Virus record (IMG/VR): IMGVR_UViG_3300017605_000678
Coordinates: 1 to 64,000 of that record
Strand: one strand, 5' to 3'
Length of the DNA stretch: 64,000 nucleotides
Source: a virus
In this document: one piece after another, positions 18,192 through 27,532 of the stretch
Layout: every line of letters starts with the position of its first letter
How positions within the stretch are numbered: the first letter of the stretch is position 1
Translations under genes and position numbers: made by a program
Notes under the pieces: generated by a model
Databases searched by the model: none
What the model was told of the DNA's origin: nothing
What the model saw: the letters and a program-made list of their open reading frames with translations, nothing else

Positions 18192-18407
18192 CTAACTCTC
18201 GACGGACGATGGATGTAGGCCACGGGCTCCTTTCCGGCGCCCAGGGCGCCAGGGCTTGGATTGCTCGGGCTCAGGCGCGGCCGCCGGCGCAGAGGGCGCC
18301 GTTGCCACGGCCGGGACCACGACAATCGGGATCGGGAAATGACGTTCCCGCCGGCCGACGTGCTCGGCGAGCGGGATGCGTACGCGGCGAATGAATTGCA
18401 GAGGCAT
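18192..18407 (-). CDS. Hypothetical protein
   Basis: ATG directly abuts the upstream stop codon. Confidence 0.4.
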   Translation of the reverse strand: MPLQFIRRVRIPLAEHVGRRERHFPIPIVVVPAVATAPSAPAAAPEPEQSKPWRPGRRKGARGLHPSSVES

Positions 18408-18623
18408 TTAGATGGCGTTCGCGCCGATCGCGATCTGCTTCCAGTTGGTCCCGTCGCTCACTGCCAAGCAGGCAACGGAGCCAGTGCCGCCCGCAGTCAG
18501 CTTGATGATCCGGTTTTTGTTCGTCTTGGCCGGAGGCGCATTGGCAACCACACTGAACTCTGCCACCGGAGCGTTGAGGGTCCCTTTGTAAAGGCCCGCG
18601 TCGCGTGCTGTTTTGTTGGCCAT
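18408..18623 (-). CDS. Putative head decoration/fibre protein
   Basis: LAVSDGTNW motif; directly after capsid gene. Confidence 0.6.
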   Translation of the reverse strand: MANKTARDAGLYKGTLNAPVAEFSVVANAPPAKTNKNRIIKLTAGGTGSVACLAVSDGTNWKQIAIGANAI

Positions 18624-18702
18624 AAGAGATCGTTTTTGATTCTGCGCCCCAGGCCGGCCCCACCGGCCCAGGGCTTTGTTTTAGAAACTCGCGAGCCCGG
18701 TC

Positions 18703-19776
18703 CTAGTTGTTATGCGTGATGCCGACAAACCGGATGTTCTTGTAAACGTAAACCGGAGGCGTGGCCGCGCCGTCGTAGCCCGTCACCCAGATCGGGGTCC
18801 AACGGGCCGCCGTGGCCAGCTGCGCGTCGGTCGCGCCGCCGTCGGCAGTCGCGCCGCCCGTCGTGTCGTTCCACTGGAAGCCGCGCGGATGCTTGATCCA
18901 GCGGCGCCGATTGATAAGCACGTCGTCGTGAGCCAGCGAAACGCGGCTCAACTCGACGCCCTTCGTACCGAACCCGCCGGACAGCGGCTCATTCAAGCGC
19001 TGATTTCCGAACCCGAACACGCCCGGCCCGTAGAGGACCGAAGTGTAAACCACGCCGTCGGTCGAGCCGGCACGCGTCGGCATCTGGTCGGTGATGATCA
19101 CGCGCCGGCCCTGGAAGACCGCGATCGTCGGCTTGCCTTCAGAGTCGGGCAAGTAGTCGATCAAATCCTGCTTCTTAAGCGCCGCCTCCGTCGCCGAGTG
19201 CATGGAGATCGCCACGAGGTCGCGGTTGGCGTCGCCCAGCTTCTGGACGGCGTCCACGAAGGTCGAGCCGTTCAGCTTCGTCGCCGACGTCTGCGCGGCA
19301 ATCGATTCCGAATGAATGGCCAGCAAGTTGGGGTCGCCAGTCACGGCGTCGAGCGCGCCAATGATCCCTTTGACGGAAGCGATCACGATCGATTGGTCGA
19401 TCTCCGTCCAGTAAGTGGCGACGAAGTCGGCGATCGCCATCATCGGATCGTCGCCGGCCAGCAGCGCGGCCAGGAGGGTCACGCTCCAGGCGTTGCCGTC
19501 ATTGTGAATCCGCGCCACGTCGGTCGACGTGTTGATCGAATTCACAGAGAACGAGCCGGAGTCCGAGATCAACTGCCGGGCCGCGAGCGAGACCGTGCCC
19601 TGCTTCCACGCGGGCATTGAAACGATCTTGCCGCCGTCGGAGATGAGCGCGTCGTACTGCGGGCCGACCTCGATAATGTCGGATTGCCCGAAAGAAGTAT
19701 TGATGACCGATCGCTCGATCACGTAGTCCTCAAAAATGCTCGGGACGAGGACGTCGGAAACCAGTGTTTTCGCCAT
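18703..19776 (-). CDS. Major capsid protein
   Basis: MAKTLVSDVLVPSIFEDY, AVQKLGD, MHSAT, FQGRRVIITD, HPRG; follows scaffold. Confidence 0.92.
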   Translation of the reverse strand: MAKTLVSDVLVPSIFEDYVIERSVINTSFGQSDIIEVGPQYDALISDGGKIVSMPAWKQGTVSLAARQLISDSGSFSVNSINTSTDVARIHNDGNAWSVTLLAALLAGDDPMMAIADFVATYWTEIDQSIVIASVKGIIGALDAVTGDPNLLAIHSESIAAQTSATKLNGSTFVDAVQKLGDANRDLVAISMHSATEAALKKQDLIDYLPDSEGKPTIAVFQGRRVIITDQMPTRAGSTDGVVYTSVLYGPGVFGFGNQRLNEPLSGGFGTKGVELSRVSLAHDDVLINRRRWIKHPRGFQWNDTTGGATADGGATDAQLATAARWTPIWVTGYDGAATPPVYVYKNIRFVGITHNN

Positions 19777-19837
19777 AAAATCCGCAATTTGCTGTTATGG
19801 CGAAGGTCCGCTTTTTGGGTGCGTGGCCCGCGCCGGT

Positions 19838-20662
19838 TTACGCGATCCGGGCTTCCCGCTGCGCCTGTTCTTTCATGCGTCGGGCCAGTTCCGGATTCTC
19901 TTTCGTGATCTTCCCTTGCAGCGTCAAGTTGAAGGTCTTCTTAGACCATGGATTGACGTTGGGGGTTCCGGATCCGCTGGACCCGCTTCCGCTCGCTCCG
20001 GCGCCGGAAGACTCTTTGGCAAGATACGTGTGCTGCTTCAGCAGCTCATCCTGCAACCACTCGGTGATTCCAAGATTGCTCGTGCCGTCACGATTGGAGC
20101 GAGGGTTGCCGTTCCTGTCAAGCGCCACGAGGTTTCCATCCTTCAGGCTCCACACGCCGTCCGCGAAACGTAGGATCGCCATTTCCGCCCCAGGCTGGAG
20201 CGACAGCTGCCGGCACGCGTTCAGGATCGAGTTTTCGATCGTCGTCTTTTCCAGCTTCGCCTGGGCCGCGTCGGCCCTGGAATTGGCCTGTTTGAGCTTG
20301 TTCTCCATGTCCTCTTTGATCGCCTTCGTGCGCTCGACGATCATCGCGTCCACGCCGCCCTTGCGGAGGTACTGCTCGGCGTCATCCAGCTCGACGCCCT
20401 TAGAAACATTCAGCAGCGCGCGCGCTCGGTCCGGGTCTTCGATCCCCTTGAATTTTTCCTTGAGCGAATCGTTTTCGGATTTCAGAGCGCGGTTGTTCTC
20501 GCGGAACTCGACGAAGCGCCCCTTGGGGACCACGTCTTCGACGTCAAGCACCCACATCTTCACTTTCGTTCCGTTGGCCAGCTCGACCTCGCGTTCGTGG
20601 TAAAGGCTCTTGTGTTCGGCTGGAACCTCGGTCTCCTTCTCAACGTGATATTTCAGGGGCAT
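19838..20662 (-). CDS. Capsid scaffolding protein
   Basis: Coiled coil, SGAGASG linker, NPWSKKTFNLTLQGKITKENPELA C-terminus. Confidence 0.85.
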   Translation of the reverse strand: MPLKYHVEKETEVPAEHKSLYHEREVELANGTKVKMWVLDVEDVVPKGRFVEFRENNRALKSENDSLKEKFKGIEDPDRARALLNVSKGVELDDAEQYLRKGGVDAMIVERTKAIKEDMENKLKQANSRADAAQAKLEKTTIENSILNACRQLSLQPGAEMAILRFADGVWSLKDGNLVALDRNGNPRSNRDGTSNLGITEWLQDELLKQHTYLAKESSGAGASGSGSSGSGTPNVNPWSKKTFNLTLQGKITKENPELARRMKEQAQREARIA

Positions 20663-20728
20663 AAACAAGCGGTTCTCGCCAGCTCGACGGAGCCAGCGGC
20701 CCGGCGCTTCGGCGCCCAGGTCTTTCTT

Positions 20729-21286
20729 TCAGTGACGTTGCCGATCGTATTTCGGGCGCAGCAGCGCCAGAACGTCGGCCCCGGGGGCAACCTCCCGAGG
20801 CAGTAAATTGTCCATGCGAGCCAGGATGGCCTCTTGGATCGCCGTGGCATGCTCGACGGGCAGGCCCATTTCGGAGGAGTCCAGCAAGCGGATCTTGCCG
20901 TGGTCGCGGCGCGCTTTCTCCTGGGCCACCATGAGGAGCGCGAACACGAGCGAGGCCGTGTCATCCCGCAGGCGCACGACCTCGGGCCGCTGCGCCAAAT
21001 AAATAACTTCCCACCACGCTCGGTACTTCGCCGCCTCGCGGCCGTTGATCTGCTTCGCTATGGCCCACCATTTCTCAGTCTGGGTCCATAAATCCCAGGT
21101 TGGGATCAAGTGGGCCACGCGAAAAGTCCGCTGATCCCGACAAATGATCGGCAGCAAATGGCTTTCGTTTCCGATGATCGTGTGCCAGTCCTGCCGGAGG
21201 CCTTTGTTGATCGCGGCCGCCGTGTGAAGGCTCGTCGAGAGATCGGAGGCGACGTTGACGCGCTTTTTCTGATAGTTCTCGCTCAT
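20729..21286 (-). CDS. Hypothetical protein
   Basis: Start MSENYQKK by ATGA overlap. Confidence 0.55.
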   Translation of the reverse strand: MSENYQKKRVNVASDLSTSLHTAAAINKGLRQDWHTIIGNESHLLPIICRDQRTFRVAHLIPTWDLWTQTEKWWAIAKQINGREAAKYRAWWEVIYLAQRPEVVRLRDDTASLVFALLMVAQEKARRDHGKIRLLDSSEMGLPVEHATAIQEAILARMDNLLPREVAPGADVLALLRPKYDRQRH

Positions 21287-21555
21287 CGCTTGCGCGCTTC
21301 GTGCTGGATCTTTTCGGCCTCTTTGTTCAAAGCGACCATGCTCTCGTGCTCGGCGCCCAGGCAACTGGTGCAGACGCGAACCCCGGGCTGGCCGGGCCGG
21401 CCGTGCACGATGTGGCCCTCGAACTCGCTCCGGGATTTCTTGCAGCGCGGGCAAATGAACTGGTCCTTGCCGACTGCGCGCATGATCGAGACGACGACCG
21501 CCACCATGCCGGCCAGGAGCGCCCCCAGGATCACGAGTGAAACCTTCAGCGTCAT
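21283..21555 (-). CDS. Membrane-anchored Zn-finger protein
   Basis: N-terminal TM, CPRC...CTSC. Confidence 0.55.
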   Translation of the reverse strand: MTLKVSLVILGALLAGMVAVVVSIMRAVGKDQFICPRCKKSRSEFEGHIVHGRPGQPGVRVCTSCLGAEHESMVALNKEAEKIQHEARKR

Positions 21556-21917
21556 TTGCCGTAGGCTTTCGAGAGCGCTTGCTCCTCGCGCTCAAAGGCC
21601 GCCTTGGCTTTGTCGATCTTCCGCTGCGATCCAAGTGTGCCGTAGGAATGCGAGCCCATGAGCGCGACCGGGGGCTGAGTGCTTCCGGAGAAAATGTCAA
21701 CCCAGACGCGGCCAAAGAACAGGATCGAGAGCCGCTCGCGCCAGCTCGGGCGCCAACAGGAAATACAGCGCTTGCCGTCGGCCGTCCGGTGCACGACCAG
21801 CGCGCCGCAGTTGTTCATTCCGGGCGGAGCGTGCAACGTCATATTGCTACCAGCCCATTTCGGGACCGTAGTCATAGGCTCAGGAGTGACCGTCCAAAAC
21901 TTGTCGTGAGCGAACAC
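21552..21917 (-). CDS. Conserved phage hypothetical protein
   Basis: CISCWRPSWRERLSILFFGRVWV...QPPV. Confidence 0.6.
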   Translation of the reverse strand: MFAHDKFWTVTPEPMTTVPKWAGSNMTLHAPPGMNNCGALVVHRTADGKRCISCWRPSWRERLSILFFGRVWVDIFSGSTQPPVALMGSHSYGTLGSQRKIDKAKAAFEREEQALSKAYGK

Positions 21918-21920
21918 GGT

Positions 21921-22634
21921 TCAGAGTTTGATCGTGAGGCGCGGGCCCGCGAAGAAACGGCCGAACGCGGCGCCGGCCTTCCCGTTGCCGGACACGTCGA
22001 AGGCGTACGCAACGAAGATATCCCCAGAAACGTATTTGCTCTTCAGGAGGTTCACGGAGGCGCCCAGGGGCACGCGGCAGAACACGGAAAGATCGGTGCC
22101 GTGATTGGCGCTCGAGGCGCCTTCTATGTCGTAACCCAGGCCGATTCCGGCGTTGAGGCGCACGCGCGGTCCGACCGGCGCTTCCAGGCGCAGGCCGCCG
22201 CCGGCACGATCGATCACAGCGTGGGCCGTGTTGTCGCTCTCGCCAAATCCCCAGAGCGACAGATACCCGGTCAAGTGCGCGACCACGTTCGCGCCGGCGC
22301 CCGTGACGGCCCGGCCGTCGAGCCCGCTCCAGCTTACGGTCCCGTATGGCTCCAGCGAGACGTCGGCCAGGAACGGGTTTGCCTTCTCGTCGCGCGTCGG
22401 CGCCTTGGCCTTTGGCGCGGCCGTCAACTCCTCCGGCTTGCCCTGGGGCGGAGCGCCCGCGGGCGCCTGGGCAATGTCAAATTCGGAGCCGCCGCGCAGT
22501 GTCACATCGCCTTTGTCGCCGTCGCTCAAGACGTCGTGAAACGTGGGAAGCAGGTTCGGAGTTTGGGTTTGCGCGGGCGCGAGCCGAACGAAGGAAAGCG
22601 CCGCGATGGTAGCCAGCAGGAGGATTTTGCGCAT
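21921..22634 (-). CDS. Putative outer-membrane beta-barrel protein (moron)
   Basis: Signal peptide MRKILLLATIAALSFVRLAPA/Q; amphipathic strands; C-terminal FAGPRLTIKL. Confidence 0.65.
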   Translation of the reverse strand: MRKILLLATIAALSFVRLAPAQTQTPNLLPTFHDVLSDGDKGDVTLRGGSEFDIAQAPAGAPPQGKPEELTAAPKAKAPTRDEKANPFLADVSLEPYGTVSWSGLDGRAVTGAGANVVAHLTGYLSLWGFGESDNTAHAVIDRAGGGLRLEAPVGPRVRLNAGIGLGYDIEGASSANHGTDLSVFCRVPLGASVNLLKSKYVSGDIFVAYAFDVSGNGKAGAAFGRFFAGPRLTIKL

Positions 22635-22677
22635 ATTGGAGCCAGTCTCTACACCCAGGGCCGTTTGGCCTTCAAGA

Positions 22678-22735
22678 CAAAAAGCGGACGGGCGACAGCG
22701 CGAAGCGAAACGCGAATACCGCCACCCGCCGCGCC
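22678..22735 (-). terminator. Intrinsic terminator-like hairpin
   Basis: GCGGCGGGTGGCGG...CTGTCGCCCGTCCGC followed by TTTTTG. Confidence 0.5.
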
Positions 22736-22774
22736 CTTCCGCGTCCGGACAGCCCACACGGGCGCCGGCACAGC

Positions 22775-22830
22775 GAAAAAATAAACGAGGCCGCCCCTTC
22801 CCCCTGGACGAAAGGTCGAGACGGCCTCTC
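22775..22830 (-). terminator. Intrinsic terminator-like hairpin with large loop
   Basis: GAGGCCG...CGGCCTC followed by GTTTATTTTTT. Confidence 0.5.
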
Positions 22831-22892
22831 GCGGCGCCGGGCAAGTCGGAAAAGTCTGCATTCCCCCGAAAAGCCGTTGAGCATCCGCAAAT

Positions 22893-23675
22893 TCAGTATT
22901 GGCCGGCATCTGGATCGCGCGGAACGCTGACCTTCAGCGGCTCGGCCTCCGCCGCCTGGGGCTTGCGCACGATCCGCTTGTAAAACGCGCAGGCACCGGT
23001 GCCACGGCGATCGATCTTTCCGTTGCGCGCCAAGTCGATCAGACGCACGCGCAGATCCTGTTCCTGAGTCTGGCGCGCCACGAGCGCGGGATGCCTCTCC
23101 TTCAGCCATACGATCAGCTCGGTCACTTGGAACCAATCGGCTTCGGATTCCAGGAACTCGAACACGGCGCCCACTTGAGGAGAGATTGGCCCGGCATGGT
23201 GGCCGTTCAGCCGGATCGGAGCAGCCGGCGCCGGCGGCGCCTTGGGCTCCTGGGCCGGCTCCTTCGTCGGCTCCTTCGTCGGCTCGGGATCCGGAGCAGC
23301 CGCCGAAGGCACCCCATACGTCCCTGTGCCGAGGCGCACGGCCTCGCCGCGCGAGACCATCGCGTTCAGCGCCGAGTAAGCGGTCCCCAGCTTCAGCCCG
23401 GTCAGCTTGGCGACCTCGTTCAGGCGCCGCGGTACCGAAAGGATCTTGAGCAGGTCCTCACGCGAAACGCGCGGAGGCCTCCCGGAGGAACCGCCGGCAG
23501 GCTTGGACTTACCGGGCTTGCTAGTCGCCGCCTTGCTCTTCGGCCCGCTGGCGAGCGTGCCACGATCGACCAGGGTATCGATCATGCCGTCCAGGCTAGT
23601 GAGCACTCCTTGCAACTCTTCAAGTCGAGCCGCCACTTCGGCCCGCGCGTGTCGCAGTGCTTCAATCATGGTCAC
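22893..23675 (-). CDS. Putative (winged) HTH DNA-binding protein
   Basis: RLNEVAKLTGLKLGTAYSALNAMVSRGEAVR and a second wHTH-like C-terminal segment. Confidence 0.6.
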   Translation of the reverse strand: MTMIEALRHARAEVAARLEELQGVLTSLDGMIDTLVDRGTLASGPKSKAATSKPGKSKPAGGSSGRPPRVSREDLLKILSVPRRLNEVAKLTGLKLGTAYSALNAMVSRGEAVRLGTGTYGVPSAAAPDPEPTKEPTKEPAQEPKAPPAPAAPIRLNGHHAGPISPQVGAVFEFLESEADWFQVTELIVWLKERHPALVARQTQEQDLRVRLIDLARNGKIDRRGTGACAFYKRIVRKPQAAEAEPLKVSVPRDPDAGQY

Positions 23676-23866
23676 TTTCGCTTGCGGTTCGCCTTGCGCG
23701 CATTCAAAGCAGCCTGGGCTTCATGCTGGAGCCGTCGATTGTGGGAGTGTGCTGCTTTCCGGAGTTTGCCGGCCGCGATCGGCTGGCCTTTCTTGGCCCC
23801 CAGTTTGCGCCGAAGTTGGCCGTGAGCGTTCGCGAAGGCTTTGCCCATCCAGTTTTTCTTGGCCAT
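23672..23866 (-). CDS. Small basic phage protein
   Basis: MAKKNWMGKAF..HGQLRRKLG.KKGQPI..GKLRKAA. Confidence 0.6.
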   Translation of the reverse strand: MAKKNWMGKAFANAHGQLRRKLGAKKGQPIAAGKLRKAAHSHNRRLQHEAQAALNARKANRKRK

Positions 23867-23902
23867 GACGATCGCCGTTGTCGCATGCTCGATACCCACG
23901 CG

Positions 23903-24919
23903 TCAAGCGGGAAGCGGCAACGGCGCCTTGGCCAGCTTCGCGAAGTCGTCCAGAGAGAGCGGCCGGCCCGCTTGCCGAATCAAATCCGTGTCCCCGAGTT
24001 TCTTTGCGCGCCACAGCCGCACGCGCTCGGCTCCGAACAGTTCATCGCGGACCGCGGGCGCCAGTCGGTCGAGCAGCTGGCCCAGGTTGATCTGCTCGGG
24101 CGCCGGCTCGTCGAGGTCGAGCATCACGACACGGCTCCTGCAGTTGTAATGAAGCGGGGGCTGTTCAAACTTCAGCTTGTGCCCGATCGGCTTGTACTCG
24201 GCGTCCCAGCGCTTCCAGGCGCGCGCGCGACAGATCTCCGTCGTCCGGTTGTCCAGGACGGAAACGTGTTGCCATCCGTAGTTGAAGCCGTCGGAGGAGC
24301 CGAGCAGGACCGCGCTGTTTGCCGCGTCGTCAACGGAGGTACGGATCACGGTCTCCAGCTGACCGGCGGAGCGCTCCACCGCCCCCGGGCGCTTGACTTT
24401 GCCCGGCTCCTCGCCGCGGAGGATCGCTCCTATTTCCGAGGCCGTCTGGCCGCTGCGGGTCCCGCTCGACACTGTCGAGGTCGTTCGGTAGACCAAATCT
24501 TCGTACACTTTATCGAGCGCGTCGCGCACGCGCGTTCCGAGCACTGTCGGCTTGCCCACCACGCCGGCGGGAACGTCCGCCAAGTCGATCACGCGGTCCG
24601 CCACGGCCAGCCATGCAGCTTTCTCCATGTCGCCGGAGGCAGAGCGAAGCAGCGCAAGCCAGCCCTCCAGGTCGCCGGACATGTCGCGGAACACGCCCCG
24701 CAAGAGGGAAGCCAGGGCGGCCGAGAAGTCGTTAATCCGAGCGGCCCGGGTCGAGGGCCGGACCGGAGCGGTTGGGTCGAAGCGAAAGAGCAGGCCGACG
24801 ATCTCGGCGTCGAGGCCTTCCAGCTGGGCCAGCAGCTGCGCCGTCATCCAGGTCGCAACACGCTGCAGCTGGGCTTGACGCACGAGGGCCAGCAGGACGA
24901 TCTGGTCCGCGTCGCTCAC
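23903..24919 (-). CDS. Minor head / head morphogenesis protein (SPP1 gp7 / Mu gpF family)
   Basis: SVLDNRTTEICR and PPLHYNCRS; GTG start by GTGA overlap. Confidence 0.88.
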   Translation of the reverse strand: MSDADQIVLLALVRQAQLQRVATWMTAQLLAQLEGLDAEIVGLLFRFDPTAPVRPSTRAARINDFSAALASLLRGVFRDMSGDLEGWLALLRSASGDMEKAAWLAVADRVIDLADVPAGVVGKPTVLGTRVRDALDKVYEDLVYRTTSTVSSGTRSGQTASEIGAILRGEEPGKVKRPGAVERSAGQLETVIRTSVDDAANSAVLLGSSDGFNYGWQHVSVLDNRTTEICRARAWKRWDAEYKPIGHKLKFEQPPLHYNCRSRVVMLDLDEPAPEQINLGQLLDRLAPAVRDELFGAERVRLWRAKKLGDTDLIRQAGRPLSLDDFAKLAKAPLPLPA

Positions 24920-25332
24920 TTCGACTTGTCGAAGCGCCGGGCAAAGTCCGCCGGCTTGACCAGCTCGCAAGAGCCGTCGCCGAACGTGACGATCCAGTCC
25001 CCTGGGCACACGCGCAGCGTCCCGGCCTTCGTGTCGACCCAGCCGTGCGCATGGAGCCGAAAGCCCTTGTGCGTGTTCGCCTCGTTCGGCTGGCTACGTG
25101 CGTGATTGCGAGCCGCCTTCTCGCGCTGGGCGGGATCCGCGATCCCCGAGAAGTCCGGCGCCGGCTCCGGAGCATAGTCCGGGTCGAGGCACAAATTGCA
25201 GCGCACTTGCGGATCCTGATCGGGCTTGTCCTTGCGCATGAGCCGCACGGCCGGGACGAACCCGTGCGCCGTGAATAACTCGGCTTTGACTTTTTCCGGC
25301 TTGGTTTGGAAATAGGAGGGTCCGGTCGGCAT
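24916..25332 (-). CDS. Conserved hypothetical protein (PGDW motif)
   Basis: HGWVDT...VCPGDWIVT...KPADF. Confidence 0.6.
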   Translation of the reverse strand: MPTGPSYFQTKPEKVKAELFTAHGFVPAVRLMRKDKPDQDPQVRCNLCLDPDYAPEPAPDFSGIADPAQREKAARNHARSQPNEANTHKGFRLHAHGWVDTKAGTLRVCPGDWIVTFGDGSCELVKPADFARRFDKSK

Positions 25333-25338
25333 AGGATT

Positions 25339-26835
25339 TTATTGGTTCGCAGGATTGCCGTTGCCTGGGCCAGGAGGAGGAGGCTCGCCCGGCAAAGGCG
25401 AGCGTTGCGCCCGGATCATGTCGGTCAGCATCGGCATTTCGTCTTCGATCAATTGCCTTTCCTCGTCGTCCGTCAAGTCCGGAGGATACAGCTCGCCGCG
25501 GCGCAAGTTGAAATTCAGGGTCGTCCGGCTGATCGCCCCCTGCAGCCACGAGGCCACGAGCGCGGTCAAGACGTCGCTTCCCATTTGGCTCTCGATGAAA
25601 TCCTTGTTGATCCGCACGCTGGCCGCGTCGTCTGAAACGTCGGTCGGCTCTCCCATTGTGCCAGCCCACCAACCGGCCATTTTCCACGCGCGCGTCAAAG
25701 TCTTCGACAAGTTGTCCGAAATGTTCACGAGGATGCTTGTCTCTCCGGTCTGGCGCAACCGCACGGTCTCCGTTGCCTCCGTGTCGCGCTTCTGCTCCTC
25801 GAGGAGCCGCGCGCCGAGGATCGCCATCTCCGATTTGTCGTCGTTGAGCGCTTGGCGGATCGGCTCGATCCCTTGGCCCGAGTATTCGAGATAACCCGCT
25901 TTCGCGGCCACGTTCTCAGAGACCCACGCCACGGACGAGCCGACGGCCAGCTTCGACTCTTTCGGGAAGCCGGCCACCCAGGCAGTCGGGCAGGCCGAGA
26001 AGTGCAACGCGTGGTTGTAGTCAGCGCTCACGCGGTAATGGTGGAGGTTGACCGTGATGATGTCGTCGAGCGGCGGAGGCGCGCAACACTCGTCGGTCGT
26101 GGTCGCGTTGTGAAACACGAAGGGAATAAACGTGAGCGCCTTCCCGCGGCGCTTGGGCACGCGAACTTCGGCCAGCATCCAATCGGCCAGCTCCTCGCCC
26201 GTCGCGCCGGTCTTCGTCCAGATCTGAACCTCGTAAAAGCCCTGGGCGTTCATTTGGCAAACGAGGATCCGCTCGTACGGCTCCCGGTCCGGCGGGTCGT
26301 TCGGATTGAACACGGCCACGGGCGGAGGCACGCACTCGCGCAGGACCACCCGAGTGAGCGTCATTGCCCCGCCGATCCGGCGCATTTCCCAGTCCACGAT
26401 GTCTTCGGCGCAGTAGAAAATCAGGAACGGCCTCAGCTCGTCGTCGCTCCAGTCGACCAGCGTGCCGGCCCGGCCGACGTCCAGGATTTCCTTGGCCGTG
26501 TCTTTGGCGTACTCGCCCAGGCTCTTGCCGCCCAGGTCGCAATCGGGCTCGAACTTTGCCAGCTCGGCCAGGGATTTGATCTCGGGCGCCTTGCGGAAGA
26601 GCAGCCCGTTCAGGCCGGCGCTCGTGCGCGCGGTCGCGCCGAAAAACTTCGCGCGCGTTTTATAGGCTTGGTAGTCCTCCTCCGACTGCTCCGGCAGCTT
26701 TGGCAAGTATTCGATCCCGGCCGCTTTGATCCTGTCCTCGCCGGCGATCACGTCCCGGGCCCGGCGCCATTTGGCGCAAGTGTCGTTGTACTCATCGTGT
26801 CGGGCGTAGGAAGTAGTTGAGGCTTCAGTCGGCAC
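25339..26835 (-). CDS. Portal protein (DUF4055-type)
   Basis: YLPK...Y..YK.RA.F, FIPFVF, PPLDDI..NL.HYR.SADY, MAILGARLL; probable GTG start at 26835. Confidence 0.9.
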   Translation of the reverse strand: MPTEASTTSYARHDEYNDTCAKWRRARDVIAGEDRIKAAGIEYLPKLPEQSEEDYQAYKTRAKFFGATARTSAGLNGLLFRKAPEIKSLAELAKFEPDCDLGGKSLGEYAKDTAKEILDVGRAGTLVDWSDDELRPFLIFYCAEDIVDWEMRRIGGAMTLTRVVLRECVPPPVAVFNPNDPPDREPYERILVCQMNAQGFYEVQIWTKTGATGEELADWMLAEVRVPKRRGKALTFIPFVFHNATTTDECCAPPPLDDIITVNLHHYRVSADYNHALHFSACPTAWVAGFPKESKLAVGSSVAWVSENVAAKAGYLEYSGQGIEPIRQALNDDKSEMAILGARLLEEQKRDTEATETVRLRQTGETSILVNISDNLSKTLTRAWKMAGWWAGTMGEPTDVSDDAASVRINKDFIESQMGSDVLTALVASWLQGAISRTTLNFNLRRGELYPPDLTDDEERQLIEDEMPMLTDMIRAQRSPLPGEPPPPGPGNGNPANQ

Positions 26836-26872
26836 GCTTGGCTTTCTAACCAGAGCGGGTCGCGCGCACAAC

Positions 26873-26910
26873 AAAAAACGGCCCCCAGGCTCGCGAAAGC
26901 CTGAGGGCCG
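26873..26910 (-). terminator. Intrinsic terminator between the accessory island and the portal gene
   Basis: CGGCCCTCAGGCT-TTCGCG-AGCCTGGGGGCCG followed by TTTTTT. Confidence 0.85.
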
Positions 26911-26927
26911 AGAGGACCGCTCTGCTG

Positions 26928-27188
26928 TTAAGTTGAAGCCTCGGTCAAGATCCCGAGCACTTTCGAATCGATCAGCCTCCAGGACACGGGCGCAGAGATC
27001 TGCGCGCCGCTGTTGTTGAGTTTCCGCCTCACTTCACCAATCGCATCCTCGGCGCCTTGCTTGTGCAATTGGCCGATCGTGCAATTGTCGCCCCAGGTCG
27101 TAGCCAGCTCGACCTCGATCGTGAGTTGAACCCTCGCTTTGCCTGTGATCTTTGCGCTCATGGCTTGGTCATGTCGGGGCGGAAACAA
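26928..27188 (-). CDS. Hypothetical protein
   Basis: ORF in operon frame. Confidence 0.55.
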   Translation of the reverse strand: MFPPRHDQAMSAKITGKARVQLTIEVELATTWGDNCTIGQLHKQGAEDAIGEVRRKLNNSGAQISAPVSWRLIDSKVLGILTEAST

Positions 27189-27532
27189 TGCGCAGAATCA
27201 CGCGGCAGATCTCCGCACGCCCTCAGATGCGCATGATAGTTGTCGCGCCAGCGCGCCGCGGCCTCGCGCCACTCCGGGCTCTCTTTCTCCCAGTTGCCGC
27301 CGCCGGCATTGGCCAGGATCGCCCAGGCGTCGGCCAGCTGGTCGCCGCGCTCGTGCTTCAGCAGCTCGAGCCGTTGAATGTAGGCCTCCACGTATCGCGC
27401 TTCAGGATGATCGTCCGCCTCGATCCCGCGAAGGACCGCGCGCGCCGCCTCCTGGACTTGCGCCAGCGTCCTGGGCTCTCCGTGAATTACGGTCGGCGTG
27501 CCGACCGACAGTTGCGACGGGATGCCACTCAT
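27158..27532 (-). CDS. Hypothetical protein
   Basis: Start MSGIPSQ by ATGA overlap; AWAILANAGGGNWEKESPEWREAA. Confidence 0.55.
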   Translation of the reverse strand: MSGIPSQLSVGTPTVIHGEPRTLAQVQEAARAVLRGIEADDHPEARYVEAYIQRLELLKHERGDQLADAWAILANAGGGNWEKESPEWREAAARWRDNYHAHLRACGDLPRDSAHCFRPDMTKP

